Source: a plasmid
Reading direction: 5' to 3' (one strand)
Sequence record: CP132210.1
Length of the DNA: 64,000 bases
Shown: positions 38,815-47,641 of the stretch, in pieces
Numbering within the stretch: position 1 is the stretch's first letter
How the letters are laid out: the number at the start of each line of letters is the position of its first letter
Made by a program: the position numbers and the translations under genes
Notes under the pieces: generated by a model
Database searches by the model: none
What the model saw: only the letters and a program-made list of their open reading frames with translations
What the model was told of the DNA's origin: nothing

Positions 38815-40127
38815 TTAAGCAGTTTTGGACAGGATTAGATCCCAACAAAAAGCGGTGGGTTGCTATTTCTGGTGGCGTTTTCGTTCTTTTTACTGTCGTA
38901 ACAATCTTCTCTGGAGAATCGAAGCAAGAAGAGAAGCGCGGTCGGCAAGAAACTATCAAGCATGTCCTTACTGACAAAAATACCCGTGAGATCGGCATAG
39001 ATTCGCTTTCTGCCGATGTGAAAATGGTGTCTCGTGAAAATTCGGATCTGAAAAAGGAGCTGGAGAGAGTTAAAAGAGAGCTGGGGGAAACGAAGGAAAC
39101 TGCCGGTAAATCCAGCGATGTCGGTAGGGAGATTTCTCGCTTACGCCAAGACCTTGAGAGCTTGACGCAGAAAAATATTGAGCTTGCCAAGAAGGTTGAT
39201 AGCGGTGCTTCTGGTGGAAAAAAAGCTTCACCATCAGGGGATACCAGATCCGATGTCAATGGCACACCTGGCGGTGATGCTCAGTTCGTAGAGAAAAAGT
39301 TGGACTACAAAGACCCGGCATCTTTCTTCCGAGAAGCACCGCTCCCGGACTCGAAAGGTGGCGCTCCTGCAACTGGAAAAGGTGATGGCCGCGATGCCAC
39401 CAAGCCCGGCATCCAGATTGTGAGCTACTCACAGAAAACTCCAGAAGTTGATGTGAAAGAGGGAAAAGATGATGAGTCCCTCTACCTGCCATCAGGCTCG
39501 ATTATGACGGGTGTGCTTATCAATGGTATGGATGCGCCAACTTCCCAGGGAGCGAGGAGAGACCCATTCCCATCAACCCTTAGGATTCAAAAAGAAGCCA
39601 TATTGCCTAATCGTTTCCGTGCGGATGTCAGAGAGTGTTTCCTGATTGTTTCGGGCTATGGCGACCTTAGTTCTGAACGGGCATACCTACGTGGTGAGAC
39701 ATTTTCTTGTGTCAGGGAAGACGGAGGGGTGATTGAAGCAAGGCTTGACTCTTATGCGGTGGGTGAAGACGGAAAGGCAGGTGTTCGAGGCCGTGTTGTG
39801 TCGAAGCAAGGGCAAATTATCGCCAAGAGCCTGATGGCGGGATTCCTCGGTGGCGTGTCGGAGGCCTTTGATGTCAACCCTGTGCCTGTCGTTAACACCA
39901 ACCCAGGGTCAACTACACAGTATCAATCTGTGTTCTCTAACCAGATGTTGCAGGGGGCTGCCGTGAAGGGGGCGAGTAAAGCTCTGGATCGTATCGCTCA
40001 ATTCTATATCGACATGGCAGAGGGCATTTTCCCTGTAATAGAAGTCGATGCTGGCCGTCAGGTGGACATCATTGTGACAAAGGGAACCAATCTACAAATT
40101 CGTTCCACCGGGGGCGCTAAGAAATGA
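38811..40127 (+). CDS. traB: TraB (VirB10-like)
   Basis: N-terminal TM, coiled coil and a Pro/Gly-rich linker. 438 aa. Confidence 0.75.
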   Translation: MIKQFWTGLDPNKKRWVAISGGVFVLFTVVTIFSGESKQEEKRGRQETIKHVLTDKNTREIGIDSLSADVKMVSRENSDLKKELERVKRELGETKETAGKSSDVGREISRLRQDLESLTQKNIELAKKVDSGASGGKKASPSGDTRSDVNGTPGGDAQFVEKKLDYKDPASFFREAPLPDSKGGAPATGKGDGRDATKPGIQIVSYSQKTPEVDVKEGKDDESLYLPSGSIMTGVLINGMDAPTSQGARRDPFPSTLRIQKEAILPNRFRADVRECFLIVSGYGDLSSERAYLRGETFSCVREDGGVIEARLDSYAVGEDGKAGVRGRVVSKQGQIIAKSLMAGFLGGVSEAFDVNPVPVVNTNPGSTTQYQSVFSNQMLQGAAVKGASKALDRIAQFYIDMAEGIFPVIEVDAGRQVDIIVTKGTNLQIRSTGGAKK

Positions 40128-40702
40128 AAAATCTGAACATTTTGACCAGAAAGGGCAGTTACAGAGGCGAGGCTCAAAAGGAGCAGGCAGTAAGATCCGC
40201 AAAGATGTTGGGAATGGGAGCAGTTCTTCTTGTTCTGTCGGGTTGCTCCTCTTTCAACATCGGTAGCGATGAGTATGGCTGTCCGGGAATGCCGAGTGGC
40301 GTTCAGTGTATGTCAGCGAGAGATGTTTATTCCGCAACTAATGACGGAAACGTCCCTCGCCCAATGAAGCCTGAGGAAGTCAAGGCCAAAGCGGAAGCGG
40401 ATGGCGGAGGTTCCTCTGACGTTTCAGTGAGCTCATCTAACTCCGGGGATTCAGTTATCGACAATTATGTCGCGCCGCGTCTTCCGGATCGCCCAATTCC
40501 AATTCGCACACCTGCGCAGGTTATGCGGATTTGGGTAGCTCCCTGGGAGGACACCAATGGTGATCTCATCGTGACAGGGTATGTCTACACCGAAATTGAG
40601 CCTCGCAGGTGGGTAATTGGGGATGGCGCGCCGCAAAGTGAGCCAGTTTTGAGACCGCTGCAAACGGTAACACACGAACCGAAGTCTGAAACAACTAAAT
40701 AG
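40124..40702 (+). CDS. traV: TraV lipoprotein
   Basis: LVLSGCSS lipobox. 192 aa. Confidence 0.7.
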   Translation: MKNLNILTRKGSYRGEAQKEQAVRSAKMLGMGAVLLVLSGCSSFNIGSDEYGCPGMPSGVQCMSARDVYSATNDGNVPRPMKPEEVKAKAEADGGGSSDVSVSSSNSGDSVIDNYVAPRLPDRPIPIRTPAQVMRIWVAPWEDTNGDLIVTGYVYTEIEPRRWVIGDGAPQSEPVLRPLQTVTHEPKSETTK

Positions 40703-40714
40703 GAGATGTTCTTG

Positions 40715-41098
40715 ATGAACGAAAATCAGTTGGCGAATGCCTCAAGTAAAAAAAATGCACTCTTCCTCTTGTTGGGGGTGATGGTCGTCGCCTTTCTGCT
40801 GGTGCCTGATCAGGCACACGCAGGCAATGGTGGTGGAGCGTTTGAAGACGTATGGGTAACTCTCAAAGATTGGACTCAAGGTACTTTGGGTCGAATCGTT
40901 GCGGGTTCGATGATCTTGGTCGGCATTGTCGGCGGTATCGCTCGCCAGAGCCTCATGGCTTTTGCTATGGGTATCGGTGGTGGTATGGGCCTGTACAACT
41001 CTCCGACCGTAGTGGAGTCCATCATGTCTGCCACCCTGGAAAATGCGGAGAAGGTTATCCCGACGGTTGTACAACTCAGCAATGGCTTGGGCCTGTAA
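40715..41098 (+). CDS. traA: Pilin subunit TraA
   Basis: Long leader, then two hydrophobic segments with a Gly-rich C-terminus. AGGAG RBS 9 nt before the ATG at 40715. Confidence 0.65.
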   Translation: MNENQLANASSKKNALFLLLGVMVVAFLLVPDQAHAGNGGGAFEDVWVTLKDWTQGTLGRIVAGSMILVGIVGGIARQSLMAFAMGIGGGMGLYNSPTVVESIMSATLENAEKVIPTVVQLSNGLGL

Positions 41099-41131
41099 AA
41101 GCCACTTCGCCATTAATGGTCGATTGATATG

Positions 41132-41160
41132 GGCAGCCTAAACGCTGCCCTTATTTTTTG
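41132..41160 (+). terminator. Intrinsic terminator after the pilin gene
   Basis: GGGCAGCctaaacGCTGCCC followed by TTATTTTTT. Confidence 0.6.
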
Positions 41161-41286
41161 GGAAAAAATCTAGTCATAACAAATTTCAACTCTTTCCTCA
41201 TTTGCTCAAAAAGGGCACTTTCACAGCCCATGTTTATGCACTCCTTCCCGTAACCTCCAGCATTGGGTTCTTGTAACTCAAAACGA

Positions 41287-44200
41287 ATGGAGAATGCGAT
41301 GATCAATTTCAAGCCTAAACTTCCGGCGTTGCTTGGCGCTCTGGCGGTTCTTACCGCTGGTGCTGCTCATGCAGAGCTGCTGGAGTACACCTTTAAGGCT
41401 CCAGATGGTGCTCAGCGGTCTCTGCCTCCGAATGCCAACTATGCCAACCCGACGGGCAACGTTTCGTTTGCTCTGAGTGCAGGTATTGATCGCAAGGTCA
41501 AAGTATCGGTGCGTCGGTCTGATGGCACGGTGGTTTCAACGGCGACCAGCCACCTTCTTGGTGCTACGGATCGCATCACAGTGGGTGGAAAGTCTTACTA
41601 TGGTGCGGAACTACAACTAGCGGCTCCTGCTGCTGGCTCATATACAATCAGAGCGGAAATTCTTGCATCTGACGGTTCTACCGTTCAGAGCGATGATTAC
41701 CCTCTGACCGTGGATGTGACCCCTCCCAAGTACACCTCACTTGCGCCAGTCTATGGTTCATACGGACAGGTTATTAGCGGTGATGTATGGAAACTCGGCA
41801 CTGGGGGCGCAGAGGAGAATGCCTTTTTAATTTCAGGCATCTCTGATGATTCTCCAGTTAAAGAGGTTAAAGCTAAGCTGTACCGCCAAGATGGTTCACT
41901 CTACAAAGATGTATCAGTGAACTACGATGATGCCAACAAACAAGCCAGACAGTATTTTGAAAGTGGCTTTTTCCCTGCGTCTGATTTGGATGAAGTGTTC
42001 ACTCTTCAATTCCAGCTCAGTGATAGCGCAGGGAATAGTTACCTTTCACCACCGCAAAAGGTGATGTTTGACAACCTAACAAATGCACCGTCTTCGCCGT
42101 TTGGTGTCTATGACCCGGCCAGCTCAAGCACATTGGGGCCAGGGTTATCTGGGTTTGTTGCCTATAAGGCTGGAATGACGGTTAAAACCAACCCGATCAA
42201 GTTGGCATGGCGCGTTCCGCGTAATAATTGGCATGAATACCGCGAGGGCGGCATCAACATGGTCAACTCTTTGGGAGAAATGACCAAGGTTGGTGAAGAT
42301 GGTAACTACGTTTACCTCGTCACAACGGCACCTTATGGAAATACAGATGGAAACTATTGGCGGTGGGTGAATTTTGGTCAGTGGGGTGGCGGGGTCATAA
42401 CTTATGACCTTTCGCTGTCTCCATCTGCACCCCAGAGTCCCAAGTTGCTTGGTGTTGATTACAACTACAGCGACATAGGGTGGTCGAACATGTACCGCTA
42501 TTGGGTAGACAGCTCCGTTCTGCCCGTCACAGTGAGCAGCATCCGGGTTAAAGTAGAACCAAGGCCTTACGTTCAAACTGCGGTGCATCGGGGAAGCTGT
42601 GAAGTGCCTGTCGGTCAAGATAGCTGTGTGATTGCTAACAGCTTCACTATGTCAAAGGGAACGACAGGGTATATCCACGACAATGCAACAGTCTTCAATG
42701 CAGATCAGTCTCTTCGCTCAAACCCTCTTTGGGCAGAAGTAAACTGGAACGATCAGCATTATCCTCAGTTAAGCCAGCAGTACGACCAAAACAATAAGGT
42801 ATTTACCTTATTCGTTAACCAACCTGGACGAGGCGCGTACTTTGATAGGCTGCGTCTGCGCAGTGCCTGGATCGAAGATAGCAAAGGCAACAAGCTGTCT
42901 CCGACCGGGGGGCTAATTGCCAATAACTGGGAGAACTACACCTATCAGTGGGATCTCAAAACTCTCCCCGAGGGGCAATACAGTCTTGTTGCCGCAGCAG
43001 AGGAAATGCACGGACCTTTAACTCGGCAACCCATGTTCCAGATTACGTCCGATAAAACGGCCCCAACACTGACGATCAGTGTTGCAGATGGGGCTGCGAT
43101 TCAGACACTGGACGATGTGGTCATTACTTTGGCTGATGCTATTGACCCGTCACCTAAGCTGACCTCTATTGCCCTTGTTGGAGGCCCGGCGAATGACAAA
43201 GTTCAGTTGTCCTGGCGTGAAGAATCGAAAGGGCGATTCCGTCTTGAGTATCCGGTAATGTTCCCGTCGTTGAAGGAAGGGGAGTCATACAGGCTGACTG
43301 TTTCCGGGGCGGATGCGCAGGGCAATGCGGTTAAAAAGGTGGTTGGTTTCGAGTACAAGCCTCGCCAAGTAATGCTGGCAGATGGTATGGATGGCAAGGT
43401 AATGGTCCCCGCTGTCACTCATGAATTTGTTCATGCAGATGGCAAGCGGATCATCGAGACCAAGCCGCTGACGCTCAGTGATGGTGCTATCGTGACAGGT
43501 TCATACGACGTGTTTGCGACCCTCCGTTCTGATGCGAAAGTGCCGCTGGTGGTGAATGGGGTGCGAATCGAGCCGGGCCAGACAATGGGGATCATGAGCC
43601 AACATGACTTCGGTGCATCAGGGGGACGTTTGAGTATCCCTGTCAAACCGGCTATCCCTGATGTGGTCGGTTCATCCAGCCTTCTTGTCATGACTTCTGC
43701 GCCTAACTCACCAATCCTCGTTGTGGACATTAATACCTGGAAAGGGGCGGCTAAACTCTCTGCTGAGTCGTGGACAATTCGCCAGGTTATCGACCCGGTG
43801 AAAATCTATGCCTTGCCGGAAACAGGGGTTCCTTGCCGGTTCACCACGAAGGCAGATGTTGCTATGGCCGCAGATCCGATTCGTGACCCAGTATGTTTGC
43901 TACAGTGGGACAGAACTCCGGATGAAGCTGAACAAACCACCCAAGACACCAACGGTATGAAGGTGGCAGGGCTGGTGGGGCAAGCAGTAAGCATTGGGGA
44001 GCAACCTGTCGAATACAGCTTATACCTGTTCAGTGGTGACGGTTCCAAGGTGAAAGTTGGCTCAGGCTCACAGAACCTGACTGTAACTACAGCCTATGGC
44101 TCCGTTGGCTACACCCCGATTGATGACATTGCACAAGTGAATCGTGTCATTGAAAACTTTAATGTGAACCTCAAGCAGAACAAGGGGCCAGACTGCTCTA

Positions 44201-46785
44201 TAACCCTCAGTGCAGACCGGGCGAAGAAAGAGGCCGCAAGCAAGGGGGCCGGGAGTGCCAGTAGAACCTGTCTGTTTGAGTGGCAGCAGATCCCTGATGG
44301 GTTGCTCCAGGAACAGCTATCGGAATCCCCTTCGCTTTCTGGTTCATTGGCCTCCAACGGCAATCATCCACTGGGATGGCGGGTAAGCATTTTCACCCGT
44401 AATGGTACACGGGTGACGTTGAACGACCAGACGTTCAACATCGAAGCTGTTGATCCACCAGCTCCGACTGTTGAACTGTCATCTAAATTCAACTTCAAAG
44501 ACAACATCTACATGGTGCCGATGACAGGTAACTACCTGGGGGATGCCATAATCAGCTCTGAACGCGCTGATCTGGATATTGCCATCTCGCGCAACTCTGG
44601 TGTCCTGGAGTCTGAAACTTTCGCTCCAGGATGGGGAGCCACCAATAAGGTGTATCGTCGCATAAATACTGATGAGCGAGCTTTGTGGGAGGAGACTACT
44701 TACAAGGTGAATGCGGCGTACAACAAGGTCCCTGATGTGAAAACGGAGGCGATCTATCGGGCTATCGCAGCACCTTCTGACAGCATCCGTCCTGTCGTTG
44801 AAGTTGATGGTGATAACGCGATTGACACTCAGGCATTGCCTGTTCGCGTCCTCATTCGTGATCAGTACAAACCTGATGGTGGTTATGACGCCAACACAAT
44901 GGGTGTGTGGAAAGTACGTCTGATTCAGCAAAAGGCCTACAACGAGACGGTTGCTCTCACTGATTATGCGGAAGCATCAAACGGAGAAGCTCAGTTCTCG
45001 GTCGATCTGTCTGGCGTGGATACTTCCTCTGTCCGCATAGCGGCTGAGGCTGTTTTGGACAGCCCCGTTGAAGGTTACAACAGAACAGAGCTGTCCATCA
45101 GGCCTGCTTTCTTAACTGTGCTTCGTGGTGGAGCCATCGCTGCTGGAGTAGAGGCTCGCAAGTTGTCTGGTGAAGCCCCGTTCACCGCTGTGTTCAAGCT
45201 GGCTCTGGATAACCGTCAAGATCTCCGTGCTACCGGCCAGGTGGTGTGGGAAACCACGAAGGATGACGGTAAAACTTGGGAGCAGTTCATCCCGGAAGAG
45301 CGTTACAAGTATCAGCTTGTGAAGACCTTCGACAAGGGGGAGTACCAGGTTCGAGCCAAAGTGGTGAACGTAAACTCAGGCGCGGAAAAATACACCGAAG
45401 CGGTCAGTGTTGTCGCTTACGACAAACCGGATATTGCTGTTGTCGGCCCGACCACGTTGTTTGTGGGAAGTGAAGGCAAGTACACGGCGAGTCTGGCGCT
45501 GAACGATGAGCCGATCACGGATGGCAATGCCGTTGTTGAGTGGTCCACTGACGGTGGAAAAACCTACTCACATAAAGGGAACAGCATCACGCTTTCAAGT
45601 GATGAAGAAACCCGATACCGCCTGTGGGCTCGTGTGCGTTCTGCTAATGCACCGGCTGATGACGACTATGCCTATGACGTTGCTAAAACGGCGGTTGACT
45701 TCCGAGCTGTGAAGGCACCCCGCCCTTATGTGGTAGGGCCTCAAGTCATTGAGACGGGCAAGAAGTATGTGTTCAGTGCCAAAACCAGCCTGCCTTACCG
45801 TGGTATGGACGTGAAGCTGAACGGGTTCTTCACGCTGCCTGATGGCTCGATTGTGGAGGGTGATACCGCTGAGTACGTGCCTTCGGACAATGACCTCAAC
45901 CAGGCAACTGTAGAAACGAAGTACACCACCTGGATCGAAGGATACCGCGATAAGGGTGCAGAAGCCTCGCATAGTCTACGCTCCCGCGTTTGGCAGTATG
46001 TGTGGCCGGGCTTCGCAATGCAGGTCCGGAAGAGCGCGGACGCGGCTCCTGCGACGATCACTGCGTCAGTACGGCCAATTGCCTTCAACGGTAAGCTGGA
46101 AGAGCCTACCTACGAATGGGAGTTGCCGGAAGGGGCCGTGATTCAGGATAAGAAGCAAGATATTGTCAGGTCCTTTGTGGTCAATGAGCCGGGCGATTAC
46201 AACATCAAGGTGACTGTTCGTGATGCTCGCGGGCATGAGGCTGTGATCGAGAAATCGTTCAAGATCGACCAGTCCAAGCCCTACGCCATTGACCTGCAAT
46301 ACTCTGGCTCGAATAAATACGAGCGTGAGCCTTTGGATGTACTGTTGAGACCGTACATTTCTGGCGGCCACCCACGCGACCGTATTTTGACTCATGTTTA
46401 CTCGGTCGATGGCACACCGTTGGAAAACAGCGGTTACTACGGCAAAGCAACTCTTCGCGCTGGTGAGCACAGCATCAAGCTGAAAATAACCTCAGAGATG
46501 GGGCATGAAGCTGAGGGTGAGGTGAGCATCAATGTGGCAGAGAACAAGTTGCCCGTGTGTAGCCTGAAATCACGAGAGACCGTTGGATCGTGGATCGTCT
46601 ATGCGAACTGCGAAGATACCGATGGACGCATGAAGTCCTACGAATGGACCATTGCCGGTGAGTTGAAGAGCATCAGCTCTGATCGAGTAACTATCAGCAA
46701 GGGACCCAATAAAACGATGCCGACCATATCTCTGGTTGGAGTCGATGACTCAGGTGGCAGATCCGAAGCTGTTACGATGAACTAA
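41287..46785 (+). CDS. Giant exported Ig-like/beta-rich repeat protein (orf1832-type IncA/C backbone gene)
   Basis: Signal peptide KPKLPALLGALAVLTAGAAHA. About 1830 aa of beta-rich repetitive sequence with no enzymatic motifs. Positioned between traA and dsbC. Confidence 0.75.
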   Translation: MENAMINFKPKLPALLGALAVLTAGAAHAELLEYTFKAPDGAQRSLPPNANYANPTGNVSFALSAGIDRKVKVSVRRSDGTVVSTATSHLLGATDRITVGGKSYYGAELQLAAPAAGSYTIRAEILASDGSTVQSDDYPLTVDVTPPKYTSLAPVYGSYGQVISGDVWKLGTGGAEENAFLISGISDDSPVKEVKAKLYRQDGSLYKDVSVNYDDANKQARQYFESGFFPASDLDEVFTLQFQLSDSAGNSYLSPPQKVMFDNLTNAPSSPFGVYDPASSSTLGPGLSGFVAYKAGMTVKTNPIKLAWRVPRNNWHEYREGGINMVNSLGEMTKVGEDGNYVYLVTTAPYGNTDGNYWRWVNFGQWGGGVITYDLSLSPSAPQSPKLLGVDYNYSDIGWSNMYRYWVDSSVLPVTVSSIRVKVEPRPYVQTAVHRGSCEVPVGQDSCVIANSFTMSKGTTGYIHDNATVFNADQSLRSNPLWAEVNWNDQHYPQLSQQYDQNNKVFTLFVNQPGRGAYFDRLRLRSAWIEDSKGNKLSPTGGLIANNWENYTYQWDLKTLPEGQYSLVAAAEEMHGPLTRQPMFQITSDKTAPTLTISVADGAAIQTLDDVVITLADAIDPSPKLTSIALVGGPANDKVQLSWREESKGRFRLEYPVMFPSLKEGESYRLTVSGADAQGNAVKKVVGFEYKPRQVMLADGMDGKVMVPAVTHEFVHADGKRIIETKPLTLSDGAIVTGSYDVFATLRSDAKVPLVVNGVRIEPGQTMGIMSQHDFGASGGRLSIPVKPAIPDVVGSSSLLVMTSAPNSPILVVDINTWKGAAKLSAESWTIRQVIDPVKIYALPETGVPCRFTTKADVAMAADPIRDPVCLLQWDRTPDEAEQTTQDTNGMKVAGLVGQAVSIGEQPVEYSLYLFSGDGSKVKVGSGSQNLTVTTAYGSVGYTPIDDIAQVNRVIENFNVNLKQNKGPDCSITLSADRAKKEAASKGAGSASRTCLFEWQQIPDGLLQEQLSESPSLSGSLASNGNHPLGWRVSIFTRNGTRVTLNDQTFNIEAVDPPAPTVELSSKFNFKDNIYMVPMTGNYLGDAIISSERADLDIAISRNSGVLESETFAPGWGATNKVYRRINTDERALWEETTYKVNAAYNKVPDVKTEAIYRAIAAPSDSIRPVVEVDGDNAIDTQALPVRVLIRDQYKPDGGYDANTMGVWKVRLIQQKAYNETVALTDYAEASNGEAQFSVDLSGVDTSSVRIAAEAVLDSPVEGYNRTELSIRPAFLTVLRGGAIAAGVEARKLSGEAPFTAVFKLALDNRQDLRATGQVVWETTKDDGKTWEQFIPEERYKYQLVKTFDKGEYQVRAKVVNVNSGAEKYTEAVSVVAYDKPDIAVVGPTTLFVGSEGKYTASLALNDEPITDGNAVVEWSTDGGKTYSHKGNSITLSSDEETRYRLWARVRSANAPADDDYAYDVAKTAVDFRAVKAPRPYVVGPQVIETGKKYVFSAKTSLPYRGMDVKLNGFFTLPDGSIVEGDTAEYVPSDNDLNQATVETKYTTWIEGYRDKGAEASHSLRSRVWQYVWPGFAMQVRKSADAAPATITASVRPIAFNGKLEEPTYEWELPEGAVIQDKKQDIVRSFVVNEPGDYNIKVTVRDARGHEAVIEKSFKIDQSKPYAIDLQYSGSNKYEREPLDVLLRPYISGGHPRDRILTHVYSVDGTPLENSGYYGKATLRAGEHSIKLKITSEMGHEAEGEVSINVAENKLPVCSLKSRETVGSWIVYANCEDTDGRMKSYEWTIAGELKSISSDRVTISKGPNKTMPTISLVGVDDSGGRSEAVTMN

Positions 46786-46800
46786 GGTTCACACCTCTCA

Positions 46801-46828
46801 AAGCCCGGCTCAGTCCGGGCTTTTTTTT
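46801..46828 (+). terminator. Intrinsic terminator after the giant ORF
   Basis: AAGCCCGGctcagtCCGGGC followed by T8. Confidence 0.7.
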
Positions 46829-46844
46829 GTATCGCGCTGGAGTT

Positions 46845-46860
46845 GTCCAAATTGGGCTAT
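46845..46860. promoter_or_regulatory. Activator-box-like inverted repeat copy 5 (TGTCCAAATTGGGCTA) upstream of dsbC-traC
   Basis: About 89 bp upstream of the dsbC start. Confidence 0.45.
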
Positions 46861-46933
46861 TACAGAGGCGAGTCTGTTTCCATCCCCCAGATAAACTGCC
46901 CAGCATCGAGTAATCCAATCTTAGGGGAGAGAC

Positions 46934-47641
46934 ATGCGGACAAAATTACTTGGGGCGCTGATGGTGTTCGGAATTATTACCGGCCCGGCTCATGCGTCGT
47001 CGAAATTGGAAATCACGGATCCCAGGGCTGCAAAGATAGAGGACATCGTAAAACTACCCATCAATGGGGTCCGGGCCGTCCAGAGTGATGGGCAAATCAT
47101 GTTCCTCTCTGAAAACGGGCGATTTGTTATTTCAGGACAAATCTACGACCTGTGGAGCAAGAAGCCACTCAATACGATGTCACAGATGCGAGATGTGGCG
47201 GAACGCCTTCACTTCAAGAGTATGGGGATGGACGTTGACACTCTGAATACCATTTCAATGGGGCGTGGGGGCAAAGAGGTCGTGGTTTTTGTTGATCCTC
47301 GCTGCACCGTCTGCCACAAGCTCATGGACGAATCAAAGTCTCTGGTCGATGAGTACACCTTCAAATTTGTCGTGATCCCTGCCCTTGGGGCTGAGTCCAA
47401 CCGCCTTGCAAAAGGCTTGTACTGCGCGAAAGACAAAACAAACGCGCTCGATGCGTTCATGAACAACACCCTGGCTTCGCTTCCTTCAAAAGAAACCTGT
47501 GACCCCGCTCAATATGACCAAACGCTGCTCACGGCCCACTTCATTGGGATTGAAGGCGTTCCGTTCGTAGTTGCTCCGGATGGCCGCGTCAGCAAAGGGC
47601 GTCCGAAGAACCTGAAATCATGGTTGGAGAGTGCTGAATGA
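46934..47641 (+). CDS. dsbC: Periplasmic thiol:disulfide isomerase DsbC-like
   Basis: Signal peptide. CTVCHK active site within a thioredoxin fold. 235 aa. Confidence 0.8.
   Translation: MRTKLLGALMVFGIITGPAHASSKLEITDPRAAKIEDIVKLPINGVRAVQSDGQIMFLSENGRFVISGQIYDLWSKKPLNTMSQMRDVAERLHFKSMGMDVDTLNTISMGRGGKEVVVFVDPRCTVCHKLMDESKSLVDEYTFKFVVIPALGAESNRLAKGLYCAKDKTNALDAFMNNTLASLPSKETCDPAQYDQTLLTAHFIGIEGVPFVVAPDGRVSKGRPKNLKSWLESAE

Noticed and set aside
41263-41298. Upstream start (MGSCNSKRMENAM...) for the giant ORF
   Set aside because: No RBS. The signal peptide begins at MINFKPKLPALLG. The MENAM or MINF start gives a sensible exported protein of about 1830 aa.
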